A stretch of DNA of 64,000 bases from Chlorokybus atmophyticus (taxonomy: Eukaryota > Plantae > Mesostigma and Chlorokybus algae). The notes under the pieces are model-generated. The model was not told the origin of the DNA. It worked only from the letters and a program-made list of their open reading frames with translations, and did not search any database. Below are positions 49,985 through 63,319 of this stretch, piece by piece; the first letter of the stretch is position 1, and each line of letters starts with the position of its first letter. The DNA is taken from NCBI GenBank assembly GCA_009103225.1, contig RHPI01001037.1, positions 1,856,551 to 1,920,550 on the forward strand, in the 5' to 3' direction. The position numbers and the translations under genes are program-made.

Positions 49985-51653
49985 ATGACGGCCGCCGTCA
50001 GGGCATTGTCGTCGTCGCCTACAGCTTTGTCGCTTGCAGGATTTGTTGCTGCGCCGCAGCAGCAGCCACAGCCGTGCAGTCGCCGGACGGGGACAGTTTT
50101 GGCTTCACTGGGAGGAGGGGTTAGGGTGTGGAGCACGCAGAAACCGCTCGGAGGCGGCGGCGGTGGCGGGATCAAGGACAGTGTCTTCTTTGGGGAGGGT
50201 GTAGACATGGCCAGGCCTTTGCCGCAGACGATGCGGCGGAGCAGGTCTCACCTGTCATACGCCGCGGCTGACACCACGACAGACCCGGCCCCCTCCTCCA
50301 CAGCAGCCCCTTCCGGACTCACCCTGCCCACAGTGCTGACGCTTGCACGTGTGTTCGCTGTCCCATTGTTTGTAGCAGGTATAAGGTGGATATAGCCGCT
50401 CTTGGAATTGTCATGGCCGTTATCATGGATATACTGGGCGGTGCCATCACGTCATGCGTTCCATGCGCAGCCAGTCTAGCTCTCAATTGCTCTATGTGCG
50501 ACCATGCCGTAACATGACGACACGCAATCAGCAAAGTTGTTCCATCATGCACGTAGTAGCTATCTCGTGCATTGTATTGCATTTGGTGCCCTTGTGGTTG
50601 AGTTGAGAACACGCCACATTGGCATGTTGCAGCCACGCCTGTCATATCCGTGGTGCACATGGCCAGTACTGACGAGCAGTCTGTTGGTCAGTGTTCTACT
50701 GGCCGGTGTCCTGGGCTGCAATTGGCTCGTCTATCATATTCATAGTGGCGGCCATTACAGACTGGCTCGACGGTTACCTCGCCCGTAAGGTAAGGCGCAC
50801 ATCTTTACATCAAAAAATAGCACCGCTGCATTCCCCTAATGATCATAACTCGCCTGCCACCACACCGCAGATGAATCAGTCCTCTGCATTTGGCGCCTTC
50901 CTGGACCCGGTTGCAGACAAGGTGGGCACGTAGCCGTGGCTGTCATGCATTGCTGCTTTTGCGGCCAGTTTGGAACTGCAATGTGTGCACACGGTGTCAC
51001 GCTGGCCTGCAGTGGTGAGATGAGACGGTGTGTGTCAGCGTCGTTGCGTGCATGGGCGCAGTTGATGGTGGCCGCGGCTTTGGTGCTGCTCAGCAATAGG
51101 ACACCCGCTGGCCCGTTCTTAACCCACCCCTGGCTCATGCCCTTACCCGCCATCGCCATCATCGGCCGTGAGGTATGCTCCACGCAAGCAGAAAGTGTGT
51201 CTCATACCCTAACCATGCTTTCTGCTTGCATGCATAGATTACCATGTCAGCATTGAGGGAATGGGCGGCTGCAACGGGTGGTGACGTGCACAAGGTGGGG
51301 TTGCGCATGGACTGTCCAACATGCACATGTAGCACTCCATGTTGCACACGTCCACTCTGCTTGTTTAGGCTGTTGCGGTGAACAGTCTAGGCAAGATCAA
51401 GACAACCGCGCAGATGACGTCCTTGGCAATGCTGTTATGGGTGCGAGATGGCAGGTGGGTTTGATGTTGCACAGTGTTCCATGGAATGTTGACTTGCACA
51501 CTCACAACATGGTTTTGCATGCGCAGTGCGGGGGGTGGTGGTGGTGTTGCCGGATTAATTGGTCTTGTGTTGCTATATGTTGCTGCGGTAACCACCTTGT
51601 GGTCGTTGGTGGTGTACATGGCTGCTGTATGGAAGTACCTGTTCGGCAGATGA
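49985..51653 (+). CDS. PGPS1: CDP-diacylglycerol:glycerol-3-phosphate 3-phosphatidyltransferase (PGP synthase), organellar; multi-exon
   Basis: [14 protein letters not shown]-alcohol motif [66 protein letters not shown]; TGA at 51651-51653. Start is uncertain. Confidence 0.93.
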
Positions 51654-52198
51654 CCAAGCAATTGGTGTGGGCGGTGTATGCTGCAAGATGGCCTGCAGCA
51701 TCAAGACAGAGGCAGACACAGTCTTCGCTAAACTGAACATTTGGTTGCATTTCATGAAGTCCTGTGCTGTCGTTCTTGTTCATATAATTTAAAAGGTATT
51801 GCAGCAACAACCAGTGATGTGCTCGTTTGCAATGCATCTAACGAAGTCGTGTTGAAAATGAACAAAAGTTCTTGGTTCCTTGCTGATCCCCACCCCCCAC
51901 ACCACCCCCCACCCGGTGTTGTATATGAGTCCATGTCAACACCAATTGGCAGGATAAGTCCGCATCAATGCGGCCTGCCTATACAAAAGAACTTGGAAGA
52001 GTTTCGGTGGTTGTGGGTGGGCGCTGAAGCATGAGTTCAAGAATCCAACGATAGCGGCCTTCTAGTAAGTGCCATGCCATTGTGTGAGCCCGTAGGATTG
52101 AAGTGAGACCCTTGCGTAAATATGTTAACCACATAGCAAGTTAAGAGGCTTCATGCCTTAGTTTTGAACCGAGACAACTTTCACCAGATATGGCTGTC

Positions 52199-52826
52199 TG
52201 TTAGGACAAGGGTCCGGCCATCTTAGCCATAAAAGACCATGGTGGTAATTATGGCTATTTCTGTTCTTATGTATTACGCCCAGCTCGCTTGCTGCCGTAA
52301 CACACCTCCCCATTAGAACTTAGCACGCCCTCGTGCGTATCCTTATAGGGATTCTCAGCCCTCCGCCCCGCGGGCGACCGAGCTGTCTCGACCAATGCTT
52401 CTCTCGGCCGGCGCCTCTTGCGCGACTCAACGCGACTTGCCCAGCCCGCATTGTCGTTCTCGAGATCCTCGATCTCGTTCTTGTTCGCACGCTGGCAAAC
52501 ATTCTCGCTCGCATGCTGGCGAACGTTCTAGCGACCGGCCATGCCGCGTCGCGTTCTTGCCGTCCCCTAACCGCGACTTGCTCAAGATCGCGGGTCTTTC
52601 CTACCTGCGGCTTGCCCAAGGCCGCGGGTTCATCCCCAGATCTTTGCCAACCGAAAAATTGCCGCTCTATCCCCCTTGGGAGTCGAGCCCACGACCTTTA
52701 GGTTGTCAGCCCCGATACCAATTGTTATGACAAGGGTCCGGCCATCTTAGCCATAAAAGACCATGGTGGTAATTATGGCTATTTCTGTTCTTATGTATTA
52801 CGCCCAGCTCGCTTGCTGCCGTAACA
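52199..52826 (-). mobile_element. TRIM (terminal-repeat retrotransposon in miniature): two 104-bp LTRs, 420-bp non-coding interior, 5-bp TSD
   Basis: LTRs 52199-52302 and 52723-52826 (one mismatch), TGTTA...TAACA ends. TSD CTGTC at 52194-52198 and 52827-52831. On the minus strand, PBS TGGTATCGGGGC 2 nt inside the 5' LTR (52709-52720) and PPT GGGGAGGTG next to the 3' LTR (52303-52311). Confidence 0.95.
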
Positions 52827-53856
52827 CTGTCTTATAAGACATTAACACCATTGTGCATGTGTCCACATACGTGTGTTTTGTCAACTTCAATTTGGCACTC
52901 GACAACGTGACACATTGTTGGCGATTTTAGCTGACGATGTACATATAATAGAGGAATGTCGCAGTTAAAAAGTGGATACTTCCTTCACCAAGGTTGATTA
53001 TTGAGATCACGGCTACCTTATGGTCAATTGCAAAAGCCGTCGAGCAATATCGTTATGTACAAAACGACTTTGTCAACATAGTTTATTTAAAATATGTGTT
53101 GATTTTGAACCGCTACAGCCCGACAAAAGGCACCCATATCATAACCATAAATCGCACCACATTTAATAACGGCTCTTGATTCCATTAGAATGTATGTATA
53201 GTATAGTATATATGGCTATTGCGCGTGAAGAGACAACTCGGCAACTCGGCAAATAACATGCATTCGTGTGAAGGTGACCACCAAAGTCACTTACACTTTG
53301 TAAAAATGCCTGCGGTGTACAAGTTGTGGCGAAAGTTGAGCATATCCGTGAAAGACACTGAGCAACAACAAAGCGCTCAATCGTCAAGTGTACTATGTAA
53401 AGAAAGCGCATGCAAGCACGAGTGTAGTACAAAGATTGACCTGAGCATATTACATGGTCTTGGCATGAATATAAAGCAGAGCCTCTGCTCAACATTTATT
53501 TTATTTATTTTGCAACGGTTGCAGAGGCCTCCTTTGCAAAAAAATCAACCCAAGTCCAGCCGCTTAGCATCAAGTACTAGTTGTTCAACTGGTTAGCAGC
53601 AAGTCTTATATGGAAACAGCACGTAGGCAATCATTGAATTGGCTCAAAGTTTGGCTACAACACACGCACACACTGGTAGAACTGCGCACGCCTTCATACA
53701 TGCATGCACATACACTACCGTCGCTTGCACCTGCACGCGTCGAGTGAGAAACATACCGGACGACAGAAATTGGCGCTACTTCAACCTTCAATGATGGCAC
53801 GATTCTTTGAGAACCCTTAGCAGAGGCGCTCAATGAGCTGTCCATGCACAGTGAAA

Positions 53857-54065
53857 TGGGTTGGCAACCCACTTACACGCATTGCATACGCGACAATGGC
53901 AAGTGGGTTGGCAAGCCGGTTGGCAATCATCGATATCATAAACCTATACAGAAAGCAACGAGCATTACTACGGGGCTCGTGCATCCTTGTTGCAGGGACG
54001 AGCAAATACGTTTTCAAGTTTGGTGTACGGCTTGATACGATCAGGATGGTTGGCAACCATCCTGA
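53857..54065. repeat. Cluster of GGTTGGCAA motifs, including palindromes with 7-bp (53857-53871) and 12-bp (54041-54065) arms and a 1-nt spacer
   Basis: TGGGTTG-G-CAACCCA; TCAGGATGGTTG-G-CAACCATCCTGA; two more GGTTGGCAA near 53906-53926. Confidence 0.85.
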
Positions 54066-57000
54066 GAACAATTTGCCATTATTACGCAGAAAATTCTTCC
54101 CTCTCATGCACTCTTTGTTTCAATAGCCGTCTTGTCGATCATATACTAAATAATAGTGTCGTTAGGGCGTAGAGCGTGCATGTGCGTGATTGTGCATGAT
54201 GACTATTACGCTGCACATGATGGCGCGGAGTTTGTCTCAAGTACTGCTTTGTCTAGGCGATAGGCCGGCTTAACACCTTCTTGTGATAGCATTATCGAAA
54301 TCATGATAAGCGTGACTCTTGTAGTGCTATATTCGCAACAACCTATCTTGTTGCCCTATTGCAAGCACCAGTCACTTTTTGAGGAAAACAGGGTTGCCCT
54401 AGTACAGTATACATGCGTAAGCGCTCACCACGTAATCCGGAACGCAATTGATGGTCTGGTTCATCGCCCTCATGAAACATATAGTGAACCATTGTGTAGT
54501 CACCGTTAACATGGCTGGCCTCTTCTACATTGGTTCCAATATCGGCACTTTTTGCCATTGGTGGTGTGGCACACCGCGCACATAGAAGATGCTCGGGGGT
54601 GGTAAGGAGCCAATGACGGTGACGGTGATAAGAATGAGAAGGGGCGTCGGGGCACGAGTCGCTGTTGCTGCTCAATGCAAGCTGACTTGCACATTGTTTT
54701 CGAATAAACCCGGCGCCAGGGGGGGGGGGGGGGGGGGGGNNNNNNNNNNNNNNNNNNNNNNNNNNNNNNNGGGGGGGAAGAGCTGTAAGAAGGGATCTCG
54801 GCTCCCTGGCCCGTCATCTCGGGCTAGCCCTGTATTCAAACGACAAGCCACGGAAATTGACGCGGTAACCTTCCGTTGCAAAACTCAAAAATGTGATCAA
54901 CTTGTGGAGGCATATGTATGCATACATGCACGGCTGGCACTGCAACAATCATTGAAGAAGAAACAAAAAGAGAAGAGGATGGCGCAGGAACTTCGCCGAA
55001 GAAATGAGAGCTACGATTGAGTTTTGCAGGCATTTAACAAGGGAGCACAACTTGAATGCAATAAGTTTGCGCGCAGTTGGCAAGAAGAAGGGTTAGGAAC
55101 GCCTCTGTGTAGAACGTGATAGCCTTGTAGAACTTCTACAGTGTACGTGGGTGGCACACTGTGCCAAGCCTTGCAAGCAGAAGAAGTGGATCTTCGAGAG
55201 AGCACACCGTGTGCTTGTGACACCGTGTGCTTGTGACAATGGCAAGGAGGTGGAGGTAATCTGTAATGTATGGACTCGACATGTAAAAGATTATTTTGCA
55301 AGGGAGGGCATATTCACACATGCAGGTGCATGCAATGCATTTTGTCTGTTCTTTACTTGCTACCTACTCAATATAAGCTTACTTGTGATGTTGAGAAGAC
55401 TATATTTGCAGCGTGTCAAAATCCTGAGCAGCAACTTACTTGCATGAAGTTTAAGCGCAATCTCTCCTGGTCTTCTCACCATGAAAGGAAAAACTTGTAA
55501 GCAATGCTCTCACCCGCAGCGTCTTTGCTCCACGTCAAAGTGCGAGCAGCGTATTGTTTCGGGTCCGGCTGACTTGGTGAGCATCTCTTGCCTAAAAAAA
55601 AAACTGTAAACTGTATAGCGGCCTCTGCGGCACCTGCCTAACGGCTTTGATCAACCCGTAAGTACTTGTTGCTTTTAAACGGTGAATGACGACATAAAGT
55701 CTGTACAAGTTTTTTCGTAGTACTATGCCGCATGATATCTGGATGGCATCAAAATCACCAAAAGATCCCTGAGCGCATGCCTAAGAAACTTTCTGCTCTG
55801 AAGTTAAGAAGAGAATGAGGGACCATGAGATGGACATCAATATAATGCGAGCCTATCTGCGCGCAAGCAAGGCACGCTTTGTAAGTTTATATATATTCAA
55901 AAGCGGTTTGACAAGTGGGAAGCAAGCTGTGTGTATGAACATTGCATGTGGTGTTTGTGAACACTTAATACGTAAGGTACAAGTTACTACGGTAGCTGCA
56001 TGCAGGGGCTAGCAGTAGCTCAACGCTGATCCACTGGGAAACGCATTGTTCACTTTAATTTTAGACCACATTGTTCCATGCGCCTTTCTCACAGAGGAGG
56101 GCCTTAGTGCTGTAAAGGTGTTTAACCTGGTAAACAATCGGGTGTGCTCTGATGAGCTGAACTTGACAAAGGGCGATCGGCGCGACTTTCCTTCTTATTT
56201 GTACTACATATAAAAGACCAATGTGTTTAAACATGCATCACAAAATGTTAACGTACTTAATGTCCTATGCGAAGACCCTTGTTGGGAGTTGCTGTGATAG
56301 TTGCGAACATTGTTTACATAGTGGTGTCAATGCAATGGTTGCCTTACAACTTGCCTTACAACGAAGTAAACGTTTTGAACACTTGCATGCGTGCGCACCA
56401 CGCCACATTACATGTCTTTGACACATACATGCGCATGCTTGCACACCTGCTGCTGCCACCTCACTCCGACGCCAAAACATAAGGCCCCCAATCACCTACA
56501 AACCTCGGCCTAGCACTTCTATCTTCAACTTGCCCGCCTACCGCCCCACTCGTAGCGGCCGCCGGGCCGCCACCATCGTGTGCGCATGTATCAGCTCCTT
56601 AAACTACAGCAAGACGTTTCCAAAGCCGAGAAACCGTAAAGTGTGTTTAATGTGACACGTAAAACAGCTCAGGAATCCTAGCGGCTATAGCATTCAATGC
56701 TATGTTATGTGAAGTTCACATAACATAGTGACAAGCATGCACAGCGAGCAACGCGAAAGAGAAACAAATGAGAACTAATTTAAGCGTGGCGGTTTGCTAG
56801 CATATTACCGCGAACTGTTTCTAAGATTATAGTCTCTAGAGTCTTCAGTTGGGGCCGCGGCCGCTTCACGGGCACAGCGTTGGTATCGTCTCCTGAACAA
56901 AAGTTTCATCATTAAAGCAACAGCGCTGCTATATCAACAAATTCCACCTCGTTACCCTGCGACAATGCGAGTGCATGAACACAGAAAGCCGATTGACACC

Positions 57001-57630
57001 AAAAATGCAACCACTTTGACTGCACATACGCACACACGATGATGGCTAACTCTCTGGACCGCAGTTTGCTTATCAAAGAATGTCCTCAGCTCAGCTTATG
57101 CTGATCAACCAAGTTATTGATTGTAAGTAAGCGAGAGGGACAGTCATCGCATAGACAAAATTAGGTGTTTGCAAGCAGCGGTTTGCAAGTACAAACGGTT
57201 GGGTGTGCACTGCATTGTCCATCTAAGTTACTCCCCACCACCGTGTAAGGCTTCTCATACTGCAATGATTCGTAATGCATAGCAATCAGCGATGAACTGC
57301 ACAGAACATAACATTATGAATATGATTGTGCGTCAGATACAAGTGGCACACAAGTTTTACAAGCAGCAAGTATCCAACACAAACTATGGCTGGCCCAAGC
57401 CTCACATACATCACATAGAATAGCAATCAGAGATGAACTGCACAGCGTCCTTGGTGTTTGCACAAAGCATACAAGATGTGCAGACCAATTTGTGAAGTCC
57501 TAATCTAACAAACAAGTTGCACTCATACAAACAATGGGCTAAACTCTGTCTCTCAGGGCAGATATATCTCACAGCAATGCCAGATCTACACGACTTGGCT
57601 AAAAGCTAACTAGATCTAACTCGCAACTAC

Positions 57631-60600
57631 TCATTCGAGACCCTCAATGCGGTCCTCAACCTCCTGATACAGCTGGCGCAGCTTCTCCAACTTCTCCTCT
57701 GTGGTGTCCCAGTAGCCGCGTCCGTTGGCCTCCAGGAAGGTGGCGACAAGCTTGCGGAAGGAGTTGGGGTTGGTCTCCAAGAGCCGCTTCTGCATCTCAG
57801 CGTCCTCAATGAATGTCTCGTTGGCCTCCTCGTACACCCAGTTATCCACAGTGCCGGACGTAGCGGACCAGCCCATGGTGTTGGTCAACCGCTTCTCGAT
57901 CTCGCGCACACCCTCATAGCCGCTGGACATCATGCCCTCATACCATTTGGGGTTCAGCAGCTTCGTACGTGCGTCTAGCCTCACTGTCTCGCCCAGCGTG
58001 CGCACCTGTGCATTGGCCGTGGTGGTGTCCGCAATGTAGGCGGAGGGTTTGCGACCGTCCGTGCGCAGGCCCTGCACAAGCTTTGTGGGGTCTGAGTCAA
58101 AGTAATGGCTGACATCTGTCAGACTGATCTCGGAAGAGTCCAAGTTCTGGAAGGTCACATCCACGGTCTTGAGTGCACTCTCGAAGATGTTGCGCTTCTC
58201 CATCATGCCAGCGCCAGGAGCGTCGGAGTTGAAGGCGAAGGACTTGCGCGTGAGGTACATCTCCTGAAGCTGCTTCTCGTCGTTCCAGGAGCTGTTCTCG
58301 ACGGCGAGGTTGACATTGGAGGAGTAGGAGCCCGAGGCGTTGGAGTACACGCGGGTGGCTGCCTCACGCAGGCTGACATTGTTCTCGGCGGCCTGCTCAA
58401 GTGCGTGCTTGCGCACAAAGTTCATCTCCTCAGGCTCATCGAGCTCCGCGACCAGCTTGATGGCTCTGTCCAGGAGGTTCATCTGGTTGACAAAGAGGTC
58501 GCGGAACACACCGGAGCAGTTAACAACCACGTCAATGCGAGGCCTGCCAAGCTCCTCCAGCGGGATGACCTCCAGCTTGTTGACGCGTCCAAGGGCGTCC
58601 GGCTTGGGCTTGACACCGACCATCCACATGACCTGGGCGAGGGACTCGCCGTAGGTCTTGATGTTGTCTGTGCCCCACAGCACCAGAGCAATGGTCTCAG
58701 GCCACATGTTGCCGTTGTCGCGCTTCTGGCGCTCAAGCAACCTATCCACGACAATGGCGGCACTCTGGAGCGCGGCTGCGGTGGGGATGGCCTGAGGGTC
58801 CAGCGCGTGGATGTTCTTGCCGGTGGGAAGCACCTTTGGGTTGCGGATGGGGTCGCCGCCAGGGCCGGGAACAATATACTTGCCCTCCAGCGCATCCTTC
58901 AACGCCCCAATCTCATTGTCCATAACCACCTGCTTCAGGCAGAACTCCAAGAAGTTGAAGACTGTGCGCAGCTTCTCCTGATCCGCATCGCCAAACTGAG
59001 TTTGGCGCAGCGCCTTCACCCACGGCTCAGCCGAGCGAATGCCAAATATGGACCCCAGCTTGACACCGACATTGCCCACACGCCCATCTTTGCCCGTGTA
59101 ATCAGAAACAAAAGCCTGCAGCGCAAGGAACGCATGAGCCACTATACCATCGACTAGGGAGTCCACAATGCGCGTCATTTCCTTGAGAGCCTAACATACA
59201 CATACGTACCTGGACAGCATCACGGGCGGCCATGGTGATGTCCTGCAGCAGCTGGACATCCTGCAGGTTACCCTTGTCTGTCGACCTGTAAATTTCCTCA
59301 ATGTTACGCCCAACTGATGCAGCAAGGATGCCCGGGAGGCCCTGGATGCCCTCCTCGTCACGGTCCAGTGCAGCAATGTTCACAAGGGTGGCCACCGCCT
59401 CTTCTGCAGTGGGCGGCTCGCCAATGACGTGAAGCCCACAAGGCAGCAGCCTCGACTCAATCTCCATCAGCCTGATATAGACCTTGCCCACCACATTGTC
59501 GCGCTCGTCGTTGCTCAACTCGTCGGCATCCACTTCTGGCAGCTGCTCAGACATGCAAGCAGTTAGCTGGCACACACAAAACACAAACAACAATTACTCA
59601 AGTGCTGATTCAATGTTACCTCGACATCCTTGTCAAGGTTGCACTGGCGTGCAGTTGAGATAATGGTGTTGACGATCTGCACAGCGCGTGAGGAGCCCTT
59701 AAGGCTCTGATAGGAAGAGATGAGGTTGGACAGCTCCTTCAGTCCCTTGTACAGGCCAGCGTTCTCGGCAGGAGGAGTCAAGTAGGAGATGGTGGCAGCG
59801 TAAGAGCGGCGCTTGGCAATGGTTGCCTCACTCGGGTTGTTGGCAGCATAGTAGTAGACATTGGGGATGCTGCCAATCAAGCTGTCCGGGTAGCACTCCC
59901 AGCTCATGCCCACCTGCGCAGTCATGGGAGCATGAAATCCATCAATGCCATCTTACCACCAGTTGAACATGAAATTGCCAATGCTACTGCTCACTTATAG
60001 CTTCTTTGACTGATGTTCAACACAATTACCTGCTTGCCAGGCATAAACTCCAGGGATCCGTGGGTACCAAAGTGCAGCACTGCATCTGCCTTCCAAATCT
60101 GCGAAGAAGGTTTGCAATCATAAGTCATGGCCAACATGTACTTGGAGTATTCGGATTGACATTACTGCTTACAATGTGCTCAGTGAGCATGCACAATGCT
60201 AGCCACATTTGCTAACCTTCTCAAGGTAAGTGTAGTACGCAGCAAAACCATGGTGAGGAGAGGCGGACTTGGAGAACAGCAGCCTCATCGGATCGCCCTC
60301 GTATCCAAAGGTGGGCTGCACTCCAATGAAGAGATTGCCAAACTCTTTGCCGTAAACGACCATGTTCTGTCCGTCCGTGTTGAGCGTGCCGGGGGCCTTG
60401 CCCCAGTTCTCCTCCAGTGCCTTGCTGTATGGAGTGAGAGCCTCATACTCCTTCACCGGCATCTTGTATGCAATGTTCAACTCGGGGGAAGCGAACTTCG
60501 CCTGCAATGCGAAAACGAAACACATAAGTCAATAAGCTAGGCTACGCACGATGCAACTGGCATGCATGCAAGCATTGAGTAATCCTCGGACCTCCTTGTC

Positions 60601-62921
60601 GTGCAGGACCTCCTGGATAAGCGCCTCAGCAGACTCGGGGAGATCAATGCTGTATCCATCGGCCTTCAGCTCCTTCATGACGGAGTAGATGGAGCTGAAG
60701 ACATTGAGGTACGCTGCTGTGCCAACATTGCCCTTGTCTGGGGGGAAGCTGAACACGGTGACCGCAAGCTTCTTCTCCTTCTTGGACTTCTTCCTGAGCT
60801 CCGCCCACTTGACGGCGCGCGTGGCCACGGACACAACGCGGTCATACAGGGCGTGGGACTTGCCTGCAGGACAGATTCATACAATGAGGACCATGTTCAT
60901 GTCTGTGGTAAAAAGATATAAAAGACACGTCGCGACGTCGCGAGTTCACACTGACAATCAACACCTGCCCACCTGTGGCTGAGTCACGGCCTGAGAAGAT
61001 AATGGGCTCAATGCCACCATCCAGCTCAGGGAGGGCAACCTGCAGCGCCACCTGCACGGGGTGCAACCCGAGGGTGGAGTCCACCCACTCCTCCGTGGTC
61101 TGGAACACGAGGGGGAGGCTCACGAGGTAGGGCACATTAAGCTTCTTGAGAGCCTCAATGGCGCGGGGGTGGTCCTGACGGGCGGGCCCGCCCACGAGTG
61201 CAAATCCGGTCAGACTGAGCACGCAGTCCACGAGAGGCTTGTTGCGGTCCATGAAGAACTTCTCAACAGGGCCAGAGAAGTCGAGGCCGCCGGCAAAGAT
61301 GGGGATGACCTTGGCACCGCGCGCCTCCATCTCCATGATGACGGAGCTGTAGTGGCCCTCGTCACCCGTGACAAGGTGAGAGCGCTGCAGGATCAAGCCC
61401 ACAACGGGTGCATTGTTGCTCTTGAGCTCAGGGGAAGCGTCCCGGCGCGAGGAGCACCAGTTCAGGTACTCCTTGACATCCTCAAACATGCACGGGGCGA
61501 GCGGATGCCAAATGCCCGCATCCGGGAACAGGATTGGGTCATTGAAGGAGAGAGACTTGCCCTGCAAGTCAGGGATGTATGCGCCCGCAAGCATCGTGAG
61601 CATGTTGGACAGATTCTGGGGAGAGCCTCCCAGCCAGAACTGCAGCGCCATGATGAAGTTGCGCGCGTCCTGAGCCTTGGCTGTTGGCAGGTACTTCAAC
61701 ACCTGCACATAGTTCAACTCGTCAACAGATGCATGCGCCTCACGCAAAACAACCGACCACAAGGCGTTCACGGCACATGCAACATCATTGTGTACCAAGC
61801 TAACGACCAACATTACGCACTACCACACCTTTGGAAGTGTGCGCACGAGCTTGAGCATGGACTCCTCAAAACCAGCACCAGACTGCTGTCGCTGCTTCTT
61901 AAAAAACTGCGACAACGCCGTCTTAGACTGCCCAAGCTGCGACATTGAGAATGATCCCAACTTGTTCAACCGCATGACCTGCGATTGTCAAGCAACACAC
62001 CAGTTAGTTGCGGCCCACAGGACATGCAACAACCAATGCATGGGAATTCTGTATAGCAAGCAGTACCTCTGGCATAGATGGGAAAACGAGCACTGCATCC
62101 AGACGCTCACGCTCTGCCTCAACCGCGGCTTTCACCACTTCAGCAATCTCTTCAATGAAAATGAGAGAGCCAATGAAGACCTGTGGCATAGCAGCACAGC
62201 TGTTGAGGGGCAACGATCACATGCGCATGTGTCATGCATTGGTAGTAGCTGTGCTGCGGGCTTACATTGGCAGCGGCAAGGTCAGTCTTGAAGGTTTCAT
62301 AGTTGGTCTTGTCACGCAGCTCCTCTACTAGATAACCTACTACTTCTACGCAATAAGAGGGGTGGTTCGCGTTGATAGTGCGCACCGCCTGCCATGAACA
62401 CGCAGGAAGGGCGTCATACGTTGTGCATTTGCAGCGCACACAGTAGCACATGCACTGGTGGCACACAATGCAATGCACCATAAGTGCATTGCGTGCGTGA
62501 GTAATGTCCAAACCTGTGTGAGGGCGGCCTGGTACTGGGCCTCAAGGACGACGTAGACGACGCGGACGACGGTGCGGCCGTTGGGGTTTTCGGGGCGGAC
62601 ACGCCTCACCTCTGGGCGGGTGTTGGTGAAGAGTCCGTTGCCCTCGCCCAGCTGCACGGGAACGGGCTTGCTGCTGGACGGCCTGGGTGGAGACGCAACT
62701 GCGCTCACTTCCCTCCCTGCCGCCGGCAACCTGCCCGGAAGCGCCGCCGGCCTGGCCTGGAGCGCCTCTCCCGCGAACGAGCTGGTCAAAGCACGCGGCT
62801 TCCGCTGCGGCCTAACTGACGACTGCGAGGACGACGACGACGTCGACGGCAAGGAAGGCGCCGTCACGTGGCAGCCCGCCGCTGCGACCCTTGCGGCCGA
62901 CATCGCCCCGGCCGCCGCCAT
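57631..62921 (-). CDS. CHLH: Magnesium chelatase subunit H (GUN5); multi-exon
   Basis: Transit peptide then [131 protein letters not shown]; TGA at 57631-57633. Confidence 0.98.
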
Positions 62922-63285
62922 GCCCGACAGCACTCACCTCCTGCTCAATGCCCTCTGTCCAGCCCGCCTTGCTCCCTAACCTTCGCCTTATCCTCAGCAC
63001 TTTCTCTACCTCCTCGTCCTTGTCCTCTTCCTCGCCGTCCTCTGGGCCGGCAACCCTACCTTCTACCTTCTACTCCGCCGCTGCCCTCAGCTCCTACTTG
63101 TGCCCGTGGCCACAACGCTCCAGCCTGTGACTTTAATTCATCAATACATTGGAATCTGACCTAAGGGCGGCCTCTAATGCGGAATGCGCACAGATCTTGT
63201 GCGCGGGGGCACAGCGAGGCTCCGGACTAGACCGGCTGGCGTGGCAGCGCTTAATGAGGGCAATATTAAATCTCCCTGGCTCAAG

Positions 63286-63319
63286 CCAATGAGAGTGAGC
63301 GGCGGGCCCGCTGACCAAT
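63286..63319. promoter_or_regulatory. Two CCAAT boxes upstream of CHLH
   Basis: AGCCAATGA (core 63286-63290) and GACCAATAG (core 63315-63319), about 370-400 bp upstream of the CHLH ATG; short motif, may be chance. Confidence 0.3.

Noticed and set aside
52660-52715. A standalone tRNA gene on the minus strand
   Set aside because: It lacks the D-arm and a paired acceptor stem and lies inside the TRIM; reported instead as a tRNA-like module.
52830-56500. Short Cys/His-containing ORF fragments as a decayed transposase or zinc-finger gene
   Set aside because: The fragments are short, stop-ridden and match no family I can recognise; a translated search against TE databases is needed.
57280-57445. 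A ~26-bp direct repeat (ATAGCAATCAG(C/A)GATGAACTGCACAG) about 141 bp apart, as a CRISPR-like array
   Set aside because: There are only two copies, in a eukaryotic 3' flank with no cas genes; it is a minor local duplication.
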